From assembly GCA_913051655.1 (NCBI GenBank), contig CAJXHI010000006.1, positions 34,273-98,272 on the forward strand: DNA of 64,000 nucleotides. Direction: 5' to 3'. Below the pieces are notes generated by a model. The model did no database searches. It saw only the letters and a list, made by a program, of their open reading frames with translations, and had not been told where the DNA came from. This document shows, piece by piece, positions 10,232-20,454 of this stretch. The position numbers were made by a program, and so were the translations under genes. Position 1 is the first letter of the stretch. Each line of letters opens with the position of its first letter. This DNA comes from an uncultured Alphaproteobacteria bacterium (lineage in GTDB: Bacteria > Pseudomonadota > Alphaproteobacteria > Rhodobacterales > Rhodobacteraceae).

Positions 10232-11245
10232 TCAAGCGGGATGTTTTTGCCTGTCAATATGATGCAGCTGCTCCATCGGATCAAAAAGCTTATCGCTCCA
10301 CTCGCGCTTTTCTGGAAAACCTTCGGCCGCAGCATCCACAAGAAACGCCACTTCTGGAAGCGGTTTTGCATAGATAACAGCAGATTGTGGCATGACAGTC
10401 CCCGAAATCGCCCGCAACATCGACAGTCCCATCCAACCAATTTTTTGCCCCTTGCTTGTACACGCACGGGTTGTAATCGTTTGATAACTTTGATGGCGGA
10501 TTACATCAGTAATTCCTGCATAAATAAAGCGGGCCGCAAAAATTCCAGGCCGGCAACGTAAAGGCAGACGGGTAATACCCGCCTCAGATCTGAGGTAAAG
10601 CCTATCACTTTCCACAACAAGGCGCCGCACCATCTGGCGTATCGCCTTGGTTGGCTTCGGATTGGAAAGAAAATCTTCTTCGTCAATGCCTGCTTCACGC
10701 AGCCATTCTTGTGGAAGGTAGAGACGCTCTTCCAATGCGTCCTCTCCGACATCGCGGGCGATATTGGTCAGCTGCATCGCAATACCCAGATCGCAGGCCC
10801 GCGCAAGCGCATTGCGATCCCGGACACCCATCAACACGCACATCATAACGCCCACCGCAGCGGCAACCCGCGCAGAATAAGATATGACACCTGACAATGT
10901 GTCATACCGCCGCCCCTCTGCATCCCATTTCAATCCCTCCAAAAGAGCTTGGGGCAAAGCTTTGGGCATATTGGTAGCTTCGACCATTGTAGCAAACGCA
11001 CGATCAACAGGTGTATGAAAAGGATTACCAGAATATGCCGCATCCATCCGCTCTTGCAACACTTCCAACGCAGGAAGCTTATCCGCTTTCAAATCCACTT
11101 CATCGTCTGCCAAACGGCAAAAAGCATAAAGGGCGAGCGCCGGGTTTCGCACATCTTTTGGCAGAGCTTTGGACGCAGTGTGAAAAGATAGAGATCCATG
11201 GCGGATGGCCTCTTCGCAATAGGCCATATCTTGTGGATCAATCAT
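10232..11245 (-). CDS. crtB: phytoene synthase (CrtB)
   Basis: Squalene/phytoene synthase motifs are present (YAFCRLADDEVD; NIARDVGED). The start is set at ATG 11243-11245 (MIDPQDMAYCEEAIRHGSLSF), which overlaps the crtI stop by 8 nt. The ORF-track start at 11269 would add 8 aa. Confidence 0.9.
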   Translation of the reverse strand: MIDPQDMAYCEEAIRHGSLSFHTASKALPKDVRNPALALYAFCRLADDEVDLKADKLPALEVLQERMDAAYSGNPFHTPVDRAFATMVEATNMPKALPQALLEGLKWDAEGRRYDTLSGVISYSARVAAAVGVMMCVLMGVRDRNALARACDLGIAMQLTNIARDVGEDALEERLYLPQEWLREAGIDEEDFLSNPKPTKAIRQMVRRLVVESDRLYLRSEAGITRLPLRCRPGIFAARFIYAGITDVIRHQSYQTITTRACTSKGQKIGWMGLSMLRAISGTVMPQSAVIYAKPLPEVAFLVDAAAEGFPEKREWSDKLFDPMEQLHHIDRQKHPA

Positions 11246-12794
11246 GATATCTAGTCCATTTTTCTGCATCCGGCACCAATTGGGTGAGCACCTCGGAAGA
11301 AGTTACAACGCTCGGTACGCCCGCCCCTGGGTGGGTACCCGCTCCAACAAGGTAGAGGCCTTGAAATTCTTCACTGACGTTATGCGGGCGAAACCAAGCC
11401 GATTGAAAAATTCGTGGTTCCAGCGAAAAGCCAGCGCCATAGGGGCTAAGATATCGGGCTTTAAACGTCTCAGGTGTGAAAATTTCTGAAGCTGAAAGAT
11501 GGTCCTCAAATCCAGGGATTGCCTGTTCGTTAAGTACATAAGCCAGTTTTTGACGATAGGGTTCGATTTCTTTGGCCCAATCCACAGGATTTTCGCCAAC
11601 CAGATTAGGAACAGGAGAAAGCGCATAAAAGGTATCATCGCCCACAGGAGCGACACTGGGATCGGTGACAGAGGGCCGATGAAGGTAGATCGACATATCA
11701 TTGGCCAAATGACTCTTTTGAAAAATGTCCCTTAGCAATCCGCGATACCTTGGGCCGTTCAGAATCGTATGATGCCCCACGTCTTTCCACATCTCTGAAG
11801 TGCATTTAGTCCCGAAATACCAAACGAATAGACCCATCGACCAGCGCGCCTTATTCATACGGACATCGCTCCAGCGCGATTTTTGCCTTTTCCGCAATAG
11901 ATGCCCGTAGGTAAATCCCGGGTCGGCATTAGACACCACAAGGTCAGCGGAAATGATATGACCCGCCTTGGTTTTAACCCCACGTACCTGCCGCCCGCTA
12001 GTGATAATTTCATCCACCTCTTCGCCAAGCCGCAATGTGCCGCACTGCTCTTCAATCACTTTGCCCATGGCATCGGCAAGCGCCTGAACACCGCCCATTG
12101 CATAATGGACGCCAAACGCGCGTTCTAGATGCGAAACAAGGATGTACATCGAAGTCACATGCAGAGGATCCCCGCCGATAAAGAGCGGATGAAACGATAG
12201 CGCCATACGCAAGCGCGGATCACGCACACGCTTTGCAGCATGCGCATAGACAGAGCGATCCGCACGTAATGCCGCAAAGCCCGGCAGTTCTTTGATAAGG
12301 TCCCAAAGCTTATTCATGGGCTTGCGCCCCATGCCTTCAAAGCCAAAGGCATAACGCGCTTCGCTGTCTTTCAGAAACTTTTGATAGCCTTTGAAATCGG
12401 ACGGAAACAGCCGCCTGATTTCATCTTCCATATCCTGTTCATTGGGCAGAAGACGGAACTTTGTTCCATCACTCCAACGGATTTCATAAAATGGATCGCA
12501 GGGACGTAAGTCCACATCTTTGTCAAAATTCCGCCCACACTCCTGCCACAGCTCGCGAAAAACCTGAGGCACTGTGATTATGGTCGGGCCCAAATCAAAG
12601 CGATGTCCGTTTTTCGAAATAGAAGAACCCCGTCCCCCCAAACGATCAAGACGATCAATGACGCTGACACGGTACCCTTTGGCCCCAAGACGCATGGCTG
12701 CGCTAAGCCCGCCAATGCCCGCACCAATAACGACCGCATGCGCGGCGCTCTGTTTTTTTGACATTAAAGCCACTTTAAGATCTAAACGTGTCAT
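11238..12794 (-). CDS. crtI: phytoene desaturase (CrtI)
   Basis: 518-aa ORF with an FAD fold (AVVIGAGIGGLSAAMRLGAKGYRVSVIDR) and a C-terminal GAGTHPGAGVP motif. Met-11 (start at 12764) is an alternative start, because a PpsR-type palindrome covers the ATG at 12792-12794. Confidence 0.9.
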   Translation of the reverse strand: MTRLDLKVALMSKKQSAAHAVVIGAGIGGLSAAMRLGAKGYRVSVIDRLDRLGGRGSSISKNGHRFDLGPTIITVPQVFRELWQECGRNFDKDVDLRPCDPFYEIRWSDGTKFRLLPNEQDMEDEIRRLFPSDFKGYQKFLKDSEARYAFGFEGMGRKPMNKLWDLIKELPGFAALRADRSVYAHAAKRVRDPRLRMALSFHPLFIGGDPLHVTSMYILVSHLERAFGVHYAMGGVQALADAMGKVIEEQCGTLRLGEEVDEIITSGRQVRGVKTKAGHIISADLVVSNADPGFTYGHLLRKRQKSRWSDVRMNKARWSMGLFVWYFGTKCTSEMWKDVGHHTILNGPRYRGLLRDIFQKSHLANDMSIYLHRPSVTDPSVAPVGDDTFYALSPVPNLVGENPVDWAKEIEPYRQKLAYVLNEQAIPGFEDHLSASEIFTPETFKARYLSPYGAGFSLEPRIFQSAWFRPHNVSEEFQGLYLVGAGTHPGAGVPSVVTSSEVLTQLVPDAEKWTRYHD

Positions 12795-12831
12795 TAATTA
12801 TGTACAGTATAACTGTCTAGTTTGATTTACA
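12789..12831. promoter_or_regulatory. pair of TGT-N12-ACA palindromes in the divergent crtI/crtA region
   Basis: TGTCATTAATTATGTACA (12789-12806) and TGTCTAGTTTGATTTACA (12814-12831) are 7 nt apart. The first overlaps the upstream-most crtI ATG. The second overlaps the ORF-track ATG (12822) of crtA. Confidence 0.7.
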
Positions 12832-12893
12832 ACTCTTTCTTGATATGCTTTGATAGAGTTCTAACGCCACTCTACGCATTTAAGGGGATTGAT

Positions 12894-13601
12894 ATTCAGG
12901 TTGTGACGATAAGTTTTTATCGCTTTGACACGCGCCTTGCACGGCTGTGGGCCTTTGCTATGATGGGTTTTGCACGCTTACACTTCGCGCGACTCCCCTC
13001 GCTGCACTTTTGGAAACTCTGCGGATCCGGCACTGGCGAAGGGTTCACCCCACGCCCGAATACATCTGTCTATTCTGTATTATGCGTTTGGCCTGATCAG
13101 GCCATGGCAGAGCAATCGCTTGAAAACGTGGGAATTTTTGCACGCTATCAACGCATGAGCGCGGAAAACTGGACAATATTCCTTGGCCCCACCTCGGTTC
13201 GTGGCAGATGGTCGGGAAGAACCCCATTTGAAGCAGACCACACCTTTTCAGGCGGACCAATCGCCGCTCTAACCCGGGCCACTATTAAACCGTCAATCTT
13301 AATGAAATTCTGGGATCGCGTGCCTGCCATAAGTGATGTGATCGGAACAAACGAGGACGTTATTTTTAAAATCGGTATTGGCGAAGTACCATTTTTTCAT
13401 CAAATCACCTTTTCTATTTGGCCCGATACAAAAAGCATGACTGCCTTTGCACGACATGATGGCCCCCATGCAAAAGCTATCCAAGCTGTGCGAGATGGCC
13501 TTTGGTTCAAGGAAGAGCTCTATGCGCGCTTCAACGTGCTTGCTACAAGGGGCAGCTGGAACGGGTATGACCCCTTATTGACGGAATACAGCCATGCATA
13601 A
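12894..13601 (+). CDS. crtA: spheroidene monooxygenase (CrtA); start uncertain (ATT 12894, GTG 12903 or ATG 12822)
   Basis: IQVVTISFYRF...LWAF...KLCGSGTGEGFTPRPN matches the remembered CrtA N-terminal region. It is divergent from crtI and followed by bchI (8-nt overlap), as in Rhodobacter crtA-bchIDO. Confidence 0.8.
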   Translation: MQVVTISFYRFDTRLARLWAFAMMGFARLHFARLPSLHFWKLCGSGTGEGFTPRPNTSVYSVLCVWPDQAMAEQSLENVGIFARYQRMSAENWTIFLGPTSVRGRWSGRTPFEADHTFSGGPIAALTRATIKPSILMKFWDRVPAISDVIGTNEDVIFKIGIGEVPFFHQITFSIWPDTKSMTAFARHDGPHAKAIQAVRDGLWFKEELYARFNVLATRGSWNGYDPLLTEYSHA

Positions 13602-14598
13602 GACTTTTCCTTTCTCAGCCATTGTGGGCCAGGATCAAATGAAGCGCTCAATGATCCTTACAGCTATTGACCCCACAATTGGCGGAGTTTTGGTTTTCGG
13701 GGATCGTGGGACGGGAAAATCTACGGCTGTGCGGGCTTTGGCAGCACTTTTACCAAAAATTTACGTCATAGATGGTTGTCCCATCAATTCCGAATTTGCG
13801 AAGGATGTCCCAGACTGGGCGCAAAATGTATCAAAAAAAAGCGTGCAACGGCAAACCCCTGTTGTTGATCTTCCCCTTGGGGTCTCAGAGGATCGCGTCA
13901 CAGGCGCACTTGATATTGAGCGGGCCCTTACGAAGGGCGAGAAAGCATTTCAGCCCGGACTTTTGGCGCTTGCAAACAGGGGGTATCTTTACATTGATGA
14001 AGTAAATTTGTTGGAAGATCATATTGTTGATCTGTTGCTTGACGTGGCACAATCTGGCGAAAATCTTGTGGAACGTGAAGGGCTGTCTATCCGCCATGCA
14101 GCCAAATTTGTACTCGTCGGATCAGGAAATCCCGAAGAAGGCGAATTGCGTCCGCAATTGTTGGACCGCTTTGGGCTTTCTGTCGAAGTCACATCACCCA
14201 CCAATATTGAAGAGCGAGTAAGCGTTATTGAACGGCGTGACGCCTTTGAACGTAATCCAAAGAGGTTTATTGGAAAATGGGCCTCAGAAGAAGAAGCCGT
14301 TCGAGAGCGCATTCTTGCAGCACGGTCTGCATTAAAATCTATCAAATCACCAAAAAAGATTCTGCGCGACTGTGCGGATCTTTGTGTCAATTTGGGTGCA
14401 GATGGGTTGCGCGGTGAATTGACGTTGCTGCGCGCAGGCCGCGCTCTCGCCGCCTATGAAGGCGCGGCCGCATTAGAGCGCAGACACCTTAGCGAGATAG
14501 CGCAGTTGGCTTTGTCCCATCGCTTGCGCCGAGATCCTTTAGATGAGGCAGGATCAGGTGCACGTGTTCAAAGAGCCGTTTGTGAAATCTTGGGATGA
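13594..14598 (+). CDS. bchI: magnesium chelatase ATPase subunit I (BchI)
   Basis: 334-aa AAA+ protein (FPFSAIVGQDQMK; GDRGTGKST Walker A; YIDEVNLL Walker B). It overlaps bchD by ATGA. Confidence 0.95.
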   Translation: MHKTFPFSAIVGQDQMKRSMILTAIDPTIGGVLVFGDRGTGKSTAVRALAALLPKIYVIDGCPINSEFAKDVPDWAQNVSKKSVQRQTPVVDLPLGVSEDRVTGALDIERALTKGEKAFQPGLLALANRGYLYIDEVNLLEDHIVDLLLDVAQSGENLVEREGLSIRHAAKFVLVGSGNPEEGELRPQLLDRFGLSVEVTSPTNIEERVSVIERRDAFERNPKRFIGKWASEEEAVRERILAARSALKSIKSPKKILRDCADLCVNLGADGLRGELTLLRAGRALAAYEGAAALERRHLSEIAQLALSHRLRRDPLDEAGSGARVQRAVCEILG

Positions 14599-16262
14599 CT
14601 AGTGGACAGTACATATGGATGCAGGTTCACTTAGCGCTCCAACTCTTAGCTCTTGATCCCCAAGGTTTGAAGGGGGTGGTGTTTCGCGCCCGTGCAGGGC
14701 CCGTGCGCGATGCGCTTTTGTCCTTAATCCACAAACTCGCAGGACCCACCACAAAGCTGCACCCCAATATGAGCGATGAGCAATTCTTTGGCGGGGTCGA
14801 TGTGGTTGCAACTTTGGCAAATGGGCATCTCACCAAAACGACAGGCCTGTTGCATCGATCCGGTTGGTTTGAATTAACGATGGCAGAGCGTACGCCGCTA
14901 CAAACTGCAGCCCGTTTTTGTCAGGCTTTGGATCAGGGATTGATCAGCCCCTTTGTTGCCTTGGACGAAGGCGTCGAAGATGAAACGCTTCCCACCCTTC
15001 TGAAAGAGCGACTTGCCTTTCACTTTGATCTTTCTGAGCTGCATCACAGCGAAACAGATTTGGATTTATTCGAGAGTACAGAGATCACAAAAGCTGCGCT
15101 AGCCTCTGCTTCTGATATGCGCACTTTGACGATACTTGCACAGAGCTTTGGCATCTATTCTCTGCGCGCGCCCATTTTAGCACTGAATGTTGCCAAAGCA
15201 AATGCTGCCGCGAATGTACGTACTTCGGTGGAGGCAGAGGATTTGGAAATAGGCGCAAAGATGGTATTCCCTAGTCGGGCCACACTCATACCACAAGCTG
15301 CAGATGATCAAGATCCGCCACCACCTCCAGAAGAAAGCGCTGAGGAAACGGCTGAAGCCAATAAGAATGGTGTATCTGCCAAATATCTGGAGCTACCAAA
15401 TGAGCTCTTGATCGAAGCCGTGAATGCGCTTTTACCTTTGGATTTCCTTGAAATCCTAAAGCTTCAAAAAAGCCGTGCAAAAACCACAGGGATCGGTTTT
15501 GGTATGCAAACCAAAAGCAAAACGCGCGGGCGCCCAAAGCCGCCGCGCAAAGGCAAACTGGACGCGCAAAACCGCATTGATATTGTAGCCACTCTAAGAG
15601 CAGCAGCACCGCTACAGACAATAAGGCGGTCACAAATCAATACAAACCGGCAAGTGTTAATCTATCCGGACGATATCCTCATTAAACGTTACGAAACACG
15701 GTCTGAAAGAGTGATTATTTTTGCTGTTGATGCCTCTGGGTCGGCGGCACTAGCCCGCCTCTCTGAGGCTAAAGGCGCTGTTGAGCTTTTACTTGGCCAG
15801 GCCTATGCCCGGCGAGATCAGGTGGCTCTCGTTGGATTTCGAAATGCTCAGGCGGATATTCTGCTCCCGCCTACACGCTCGCTTGTGCAAACCAAAAGAC
15901 GGTTGGCCGAATTGCCCGGTGGCGGTGGGACACCCTTCGCCATCGGGATCAAAACAGCTGCAGAATTAGCACAAAAGTGCGCGGCACAAGGCAAAACCCC
16001 AATGATCGTCATTTTGACCGACGGACGTGCAAACATTGCGCTTGACGGCACTCATGATCGTGGCACAGCTATGGAAAACGCCCATCAAATGGCACGATAT
16101 ATAGCAAGTTTAGGCTTACGCTCTGTCATAATGGATGTGGGCAATCGCCCCAATCAAGCGCTCAGCCACGTCGCGCGGGACATGCAAGCACGTTATTTCG
16201 CACTGCCCCGAGCGGATGCGCTGTGCATTTCAAACACAGTCGGGGCAGAGCTTTACACCTGA
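14595..16262 (+). CDS. bchD: magnesium chelatase subunit D (BchD)
   Basis: 555-aa ORF with a degenerate AAA+ N-half, an acidic/Pro-rich linker (DDQDPPPPPEESAEE) and a C-terminal vWA domain (IIFAVDASGS MIDAS-like). Confidence 0.9.
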   Translation: MTSGQYIWMQVHLALQLLALDPQGLKGVVFRARAGPVRDALLSLIHKLAGPTTKLHPNMSDEQFFGGVDVVATLANGHLTKTTGLLHRSGWFELTMAERTPLQTAARFCQALDQGLISPFVALDEGVEDETLPTLLKERLAFHFDLSELHHSETDLDLFESTEITKAALASASDMRTLTILAQSFGIYSLRAPILALNVAKANAAANVRTSVEAEDLEIGAKMVFPSRATLIPQAADDQDPPPPPEESAEETAEANKNGVSAKYLELPNELLIEAVNALLPLDFLEILKLQKSRAKTTGIGFGMQTKSKTRGRPKPPRKGKLDAQNRIDIVATLRAAAPLQTIRRSQINTNRQVLIYPDDILIKRYETRSERVIIFAVDASGSAALARLSEAKGAVELLLGQAYARRDQVALVGFRNAQADILLPPTRSLVQTKRRLAELPGGGGTPFAIGIKTAAELAQKCAAQGKTPMIVILTDGRANIALDGTHDRGTAMENAHQMARYIASLGLRSVIMDVGNRPNQALSHVARDMQARYFALPRADALCISNTVGAELYT

Positions 16263-17128
16263 TGAATTGGGAGCGACATAAGGCTGATTGGCCAAATACA
16301 GCAGCGTCTTATTTCGTGTCTTCAGGCAAACACAAATGGCATATTCAGAAAAAAGGCAGCGGTTTATCGTTGCTGTTGCTGCATGGCACCGGAGCTTCAA
16401 CGCATAGTTGGGATGGATTGTTTCAAAAGCTTAGCCTGTCTTATGAGGCGATTGCCATCGACCTACCGGGACACGGGTTTACCAATCTGGGCACAAAGCA
16501 CCGTAGCAGCCTGACCCATATGGCAGCAGATATCCGCGCACTTTGCCATGATCAAGCGATAAAGCCAGATGTCGTTATTGGCCATTCTGCGGGCGCCGCC
16601 ATTGCATTGGAGCTGTCAAAATCAATTTCGTTGACGGGTGTGATTGGCATAAATGCCGCACTCAGCAAATTTGGGGGCATCGCAAGCTGGGCCTTTCCTT
16701 TTATTGCAAAATTTATCACACTCAATCCGCTTGTGCCAAACTTTCTAGCGGAGCTTGGGCGTAATCCTCTGCGGGTGGAAAAACTGATGAGAGAGACAGG
16801 GTCGCACTTAACTGAAACGCAGCTTTCTCGCTACAGAGCCCTATTTCAGGATCGAGACCATGTAGAAGGGGCGTTATTGATGATGTCTCAATGGAATTTA
16901 GAGCGGCTTTTGTTGAATTTAAGCCCGCTGAAAACACCAACGCTTTTACTAGCTGGCACAACCGATCAAACGGTACCTTCAAGCGTTTCTCGCACTATCT
17001 CTGATCAAATGGCGAATGCATCCTTTGTCGAATTGTCCGAGCTCGGTCATTTGGCGCATGAGGAACAACCCAATCTGATCTTTCAGAAAATAAAAGCCTT
17101 CATCGATGCGGAATTGGTTCAAACATAA
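16262..17128 (+). CDS. bchO: alpha/beta hydrolase BchO
   Basis: Alpha/beta-hydrolase motifs are present (LLLHGTGASTHSW; nucleophile elbow GHSAGAA). The start is set at ATG 16262, sharing 1 nt with the bchD stop (TGATG). The name comes from its position after bchD. Confidence 0.75.
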   Translation: MNWERHKADWPNTAASYFVSSGKHKWHIQKKGSGLSLLLLHGTGASTHSWDGLFQKLSLSYEAIAIDLPGHGFTNLGTKHRSSLTHMAADIRALCHDQAIKPDVVIGHSAGAAIALELSKSISLTGVIGINAALSKFGGIASWAFPFIAKFITLNPLVPNFLAELGRNPLRVEKLMRETGSHLTETQLSRYRALFQDRDHVEGALLMMSQWNLERLLLNLSPLKTPTLLLAGTTDQTVPSSVSRTISDQMANASFVELSELGHLAHEEQPNLIFQKIKAFIDAELVQT

Positions 17129-17151
17129 AGCTATAACAACATTTTTTGGTA

Positions 17152-18831
17152 TTAACGCGATTTCGCCCCAAGAATGCCCGGCAAAGAAAGGTTATTTTCG
17201 CGAGCACAGGCTTTGGCGTCCTCATATCCGGCGTCGGCATGACGCATCACACCTGTCGCGGGATCGTTCCAGAGCACACGCTTAAGCCGGCGTGCGGCGT
17301 CCTCTGTACCGTCGGCACAAACTACCATACCGGCATGCTGGCTAAAACCCATGCCAACGCCTCCCCCATGGTGCAGAGAGACCCACGTGGCGCCCGAAGC
17401 AGTGTTCAAAAGCGCGTTGAGTAAAGGCCAGTCAGAGACAGCATCAGATCCATCTCTCATCGCTTCGGTTTCCCTATTCGGTGAAGCGACAGAACCACTA
17501 TCCAAATGGTCCCGCCCAATTACAACTGGGGCCGATAATTCGCCTTTGCGCACCATTTCATTGAACGCGAGACCAAGTTTATCTCGCGCTCCAAGCCCGA
17601 CCCAGCAAATCCGCGCCGGCAATCCCTGGAACGCAATACGCTTACGAGCCATATCAAGCCAATTGTGTAGATGGGTATCGTTTGGCAACAGCTCTTTCAC
17701 CTTTAGATCCGTCTTGTAGATATCCTCCGGATCACCCGATAGTGCCGCCCACCGAAACGGTCCTACGCCGCGGCAGAACAAGGGGCGGATATATGCAGGT
17801 ACAAATCCCGGAAAATCAAATGCGGTTGTAAGCCCCTCTTCCAGGGCTACTTGGCGAATGTTATTTCCGTAATCAAGCGTGGGCACCCCCATATTCCAGA
17901 AATCGACCATTGCAGCGACATGAGTTTTCATGGAAGCGCGTGCCGCCTTTTCTACAGCTTTGGGGTCACTTTGACGCCCTGCTTGCCACTCGGCTAATCC
18001 CCAGCCAAGCGGCAGGTAACCGTTTACGGGATCATGCGCGCTGGTTTGATCAGTGACAATGTCGGGTCGAATGCCAGCTTTGACCAATTCCGGAAAAACC
18101 TCTGCCGCATTTCCCAAAAGTCCGACAGATTTCACCTCCCCTGCTTTTGTCCAATTTGAAATCATCTCGAGAGCTTGTTCTAGCGTCTCTGCGCGTTCGT
18201 CAAGATATTTGGTGCACAATCGAAAATCGATGCTGTCAGGATTACACTCAACGGCCAAACAACACGCCCCTGCCATAACCGCGGCAAGGGGCTGTGCGCC
18301 CCCCATACCGCCAAGACCTCCCGTCAGAATCCAGCGGCCTCTAAGGTTGCCACCATAATGCTGGCGTCCAGCCTCCACAAAGGTTTCATAGGTCCCTTGA
18401 ACAATGCCTTGAGTGCCAATGTAAATCCAAGATCCCGCTGTCATTTGACCATACATGGCAAGACCCTTTTTATCGAGCTCATTAAAATGGTCCCATGTGG
18501 CCCAGTGAGGTACCAAATTTGAATTGGCGATTAATACGCGTGGGGCATCCTTATGGGTTTCAAATACGCCAACAGGCTTTCCAGATTGCACCAAAAGGGT
18601 TTGGTTTTCCTCAAGCCCTATAAGACTGTCAACAATCGTATCAAAATCTTGCCAACTGCGTGCCGCGCGCCCAATGCCTCCGTAGACAACCAATTCATGA
18701 GGATTTTCCGCCACTCCTGGGTGAAGGTTGTTCATTAACATTCGCATGGGCGCTTCTGTCATCCAACTTTTGGCGGTCAGAACGCTGCCAGTCGGCGGGT
18801 ACACCTCTCGAATATTTTTACCATCAACCAT
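17152..18831 (-). CDS. hutU: urocanate hydratase (HutU)
   Basis: 559-aa ORF, collinear with urocanase ([15 protein letters not shown]; [15 protein letters not shown]-binding). Confidence 0.95.
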   Translation of the reverse strand: MVDGKNIREVYPPTGSVLTAKSWMTEAPMRMLMNNLHPGVAENPHELVVYGGIGRAARSWQDFDTIVDSLIGLEENQTLLVQSGKPVGVFETHKDAPRVLIANSNLVPHWATWDHFNELDKKGLAMYGQMTAGSWIYIGTQGIVQGTYETFVEAGRQHYGGNLRGRWILTGGLGGMGGAQPLAAVMAGACCLAVECNPDSIDFRLCTKYLDERAETLEQALEMISNWTKAGEVKSVGLLGNAAEVFPELVKAGIRPDIVTDQTSAHDPVNGYLPLGWGLAEWQAGRQSDPKAVEKAARASMKTHVAAMVDFWNMGVPTLDYGNNIRQVALEEGLTTAFDFPGFVPAYIRPLFCRGVGPFRWAALSGDPEDIYKTDLKVKELLPNDTHLHNWLDMARKRIAFQGLPARICWVGLGARDKLGLAFNEMVRKGELSAPVVIGRDHLDSGSVASPNRETEAMRDGSDAVSDWPLLNALLNTASGATWVSLHHGGGVGMGFSQHAGMVVCADGTEDAARRLKRVLWNDPATGVMRHADAGYEDAKACARENNLSLPGILGAKSR

Positions 18832-18917
18832 TGCGATCTCCTTTCACTGATCTAGGCGGCAAACGATTCATCCAACCAGCAGCGCGTCCAAATTTGTTAC
18901 GATACACAGTCAACTCC

Positions 18918-20453
18918 TTATGCCAATTCAGGTAAACGGGCGGACATGGACCGTTGACATGCGCCAGAACCAACAAAATCTGCGGCACGTTCTATGTCAC
19001 TGGCAAGAAAGCGGTCTTCCTTCAACGACGGAACCTCTTTGCGCAAAGCGCCAATACAAGCTTTGAGAGAAGCACTTGTTTGCAAAGGCAACCTGAATTC
19101 CACGCCCTGCGCCGCACACAAAAGTTCAATCGCAATGATGCGCTTGAGATTTTCGGCCATCCGAACCAAACGAAAAGCTCCATGTGCGGCCATTGAAACA
19201 TGATCCTCTTGATTGGCAGAGGTGGGTGTACTGTCCGTAACACAGGGGTTTGCAAGATGTTTGTTTTCACTCATCAGTGCGGCAGTGGTCACTTCGGCAA
19301 TCATAAAACCCGAATTAACGCCGGGGTTTGGTGTCAGAAAGGGTGGAAGATCAAAGGACAGCGCAGGATCCACCATCAGCGCAACCCGGCGCTGTGCAAT
19401 TGAGCCGATTTCTGATACGGCAAGCGCGATCATATCTGCAGCAAAGCCAACTGGTTCTGCATGAAAATTCCCGCCAGAGACGATCCGCCCCTCCTCCACC
19501 AATACCAAAGGATTGTCCGTTGCCGCGTTTGCTTCGATGCAAAGCGTCTGGGCAGCCTGACGCAAAATATCCATGGCGGCCCCAGTTACTTGTGGTTGGC
19601 AACGGATACAATAGGGATCCTGCACGCGACTGTCTGCGTCGCGATGGCTTTCGCGAATCTCTGATCCTTTGAGGATCGCACGCATTGATTCTGCCACTTC
19701 GATTTGACCACGATGTCCGCGAAAAGCATGGATGTCAGGGTGCAGGGGCGCCGTAGAACCCATAACCGCATCTGTCGACATGGCCGAAACGATTAGTGCA
19801 GACTGGGCAAGCCTCCAAACGTCAAATAAACCAGCTAAAGCGAAGGCGGTTGAAAACTGTGTCCCGTTGATAAGTGCTAACCCCTCTTTGGGTCCAAGCG
19901 TCACAGGCTGGAGCCCTGCCATTTGCAGGGCCTTTGCCCCTCGCATGGTTTTGCCCTGAAACTCTGCCTCGCCCTCACCTATCAAAACAGCGCTCATATG
20001 GGCCAGCGGTGCAAGGTCTCCAGATGCCCCAACAGATCCCTGTGCGGGGATAATAGGCGTGATCCCTTTGAGCAACATATTCTGTATGAGATCAATGATG
20101 TCCCAACGTACACCCGATGCACCCCGCCCAAGCGACAAGAGTTTCAGCGAAAGGATAAGGCGTACCATGGTGTTTGAAATATGCTCTCCTACGCCGCAGC
20201 AATGAGACAGGATCAAATTGCGCTGCAAGGTTGCGGTTTCATCTAGTGAGATTTTATGGCTTGCCAGTTTGCCAAACCCCGTATTGACCCCATAAACAGG
20301 ATGCTCACCTTCCGCAGCCTTTAAAATCTGCTCTGCTGCAGCCTCAACGCTTGGGCGGCAATCGTCTGAAAGAACCACAGACGCGTCGTCACGATAGACC
20401 TTGTAAAGGTCTTGTAGCGTTACTTTGCCAGCGCTGAGCATTAGGACGTTCAC
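18918..20453 (-). CDS. hutH: histidine ammonia-lyase (HutH)
   Basis: 511-aa ORF with the MIO-forming ASGDL motif ([15 protein letters not shown]). GTG start, one nt after the hutI stop. Confidence 0.95.
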   Translation of the reverse strand: MNVLMLSAGKVTLQDLYKVYRDDASVVLSDDCRPSVEAAAEQILKAAEGEHPVYGVNTGFGKLASHKISLDETATLQRNLILSHCCGVGEHISNTMVRLILSLKLLSLGRGASGVRWDIIDLIQNMLLKGITPIIPAQGSVGASGDLAPLAHMSAVLIGEGEAEFQGKTMRGAKALQMAGLQPVTLGPKEGLALINGTQFSTAFALAGLFDVWRLAQSALIVSAMSTDAVMGSTAPLHPDIHAFRGHRGQIEVAESMRAILKGSEIRESHRDADSRVQDPYCIRCQPQVTGAAMDILRQAAQTLCIEANAATDNPLVLVEEGRIVSGGNFHAEPVGFAADMIALAVSEIGSIAQRRVALMVDPALSFDLPPFLTPNPGVNSGFMIAEVTTAALMSENKHLANPCVTDSTPTSANQEDHVSMAAHGAFRLVRMAENLKRIIAIELLCAAQGVEFRLPLQTSASLKACIGALRKEVPSLKEDRFLASDIERAADFVGSGACQRSMSARLPELA

Positions 20454-20454
20454 C

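Noticed and set aside
12822-12893. ATG 12822 as the crtA start (259-aa version)
   Set aside because: This ATG lies inside the second PpsR-type palindrome, only 27 nt from the crtI ATG. The extra 24 aa have no counterpart in the remembered CrtA N-terminus.
14019-18358. Antisense or alternate-frame ORFs inside bchI, bchD and hutU (14019-14390, 15286-15633, 15848-16051, 17351-17719, 18053-18358)
   Set aside because: These are Arg/Ser/Pro/Ala-rich translations typical of wrong frames in GC-rich genes. Each is fully contained in a gene with strong family motifs.
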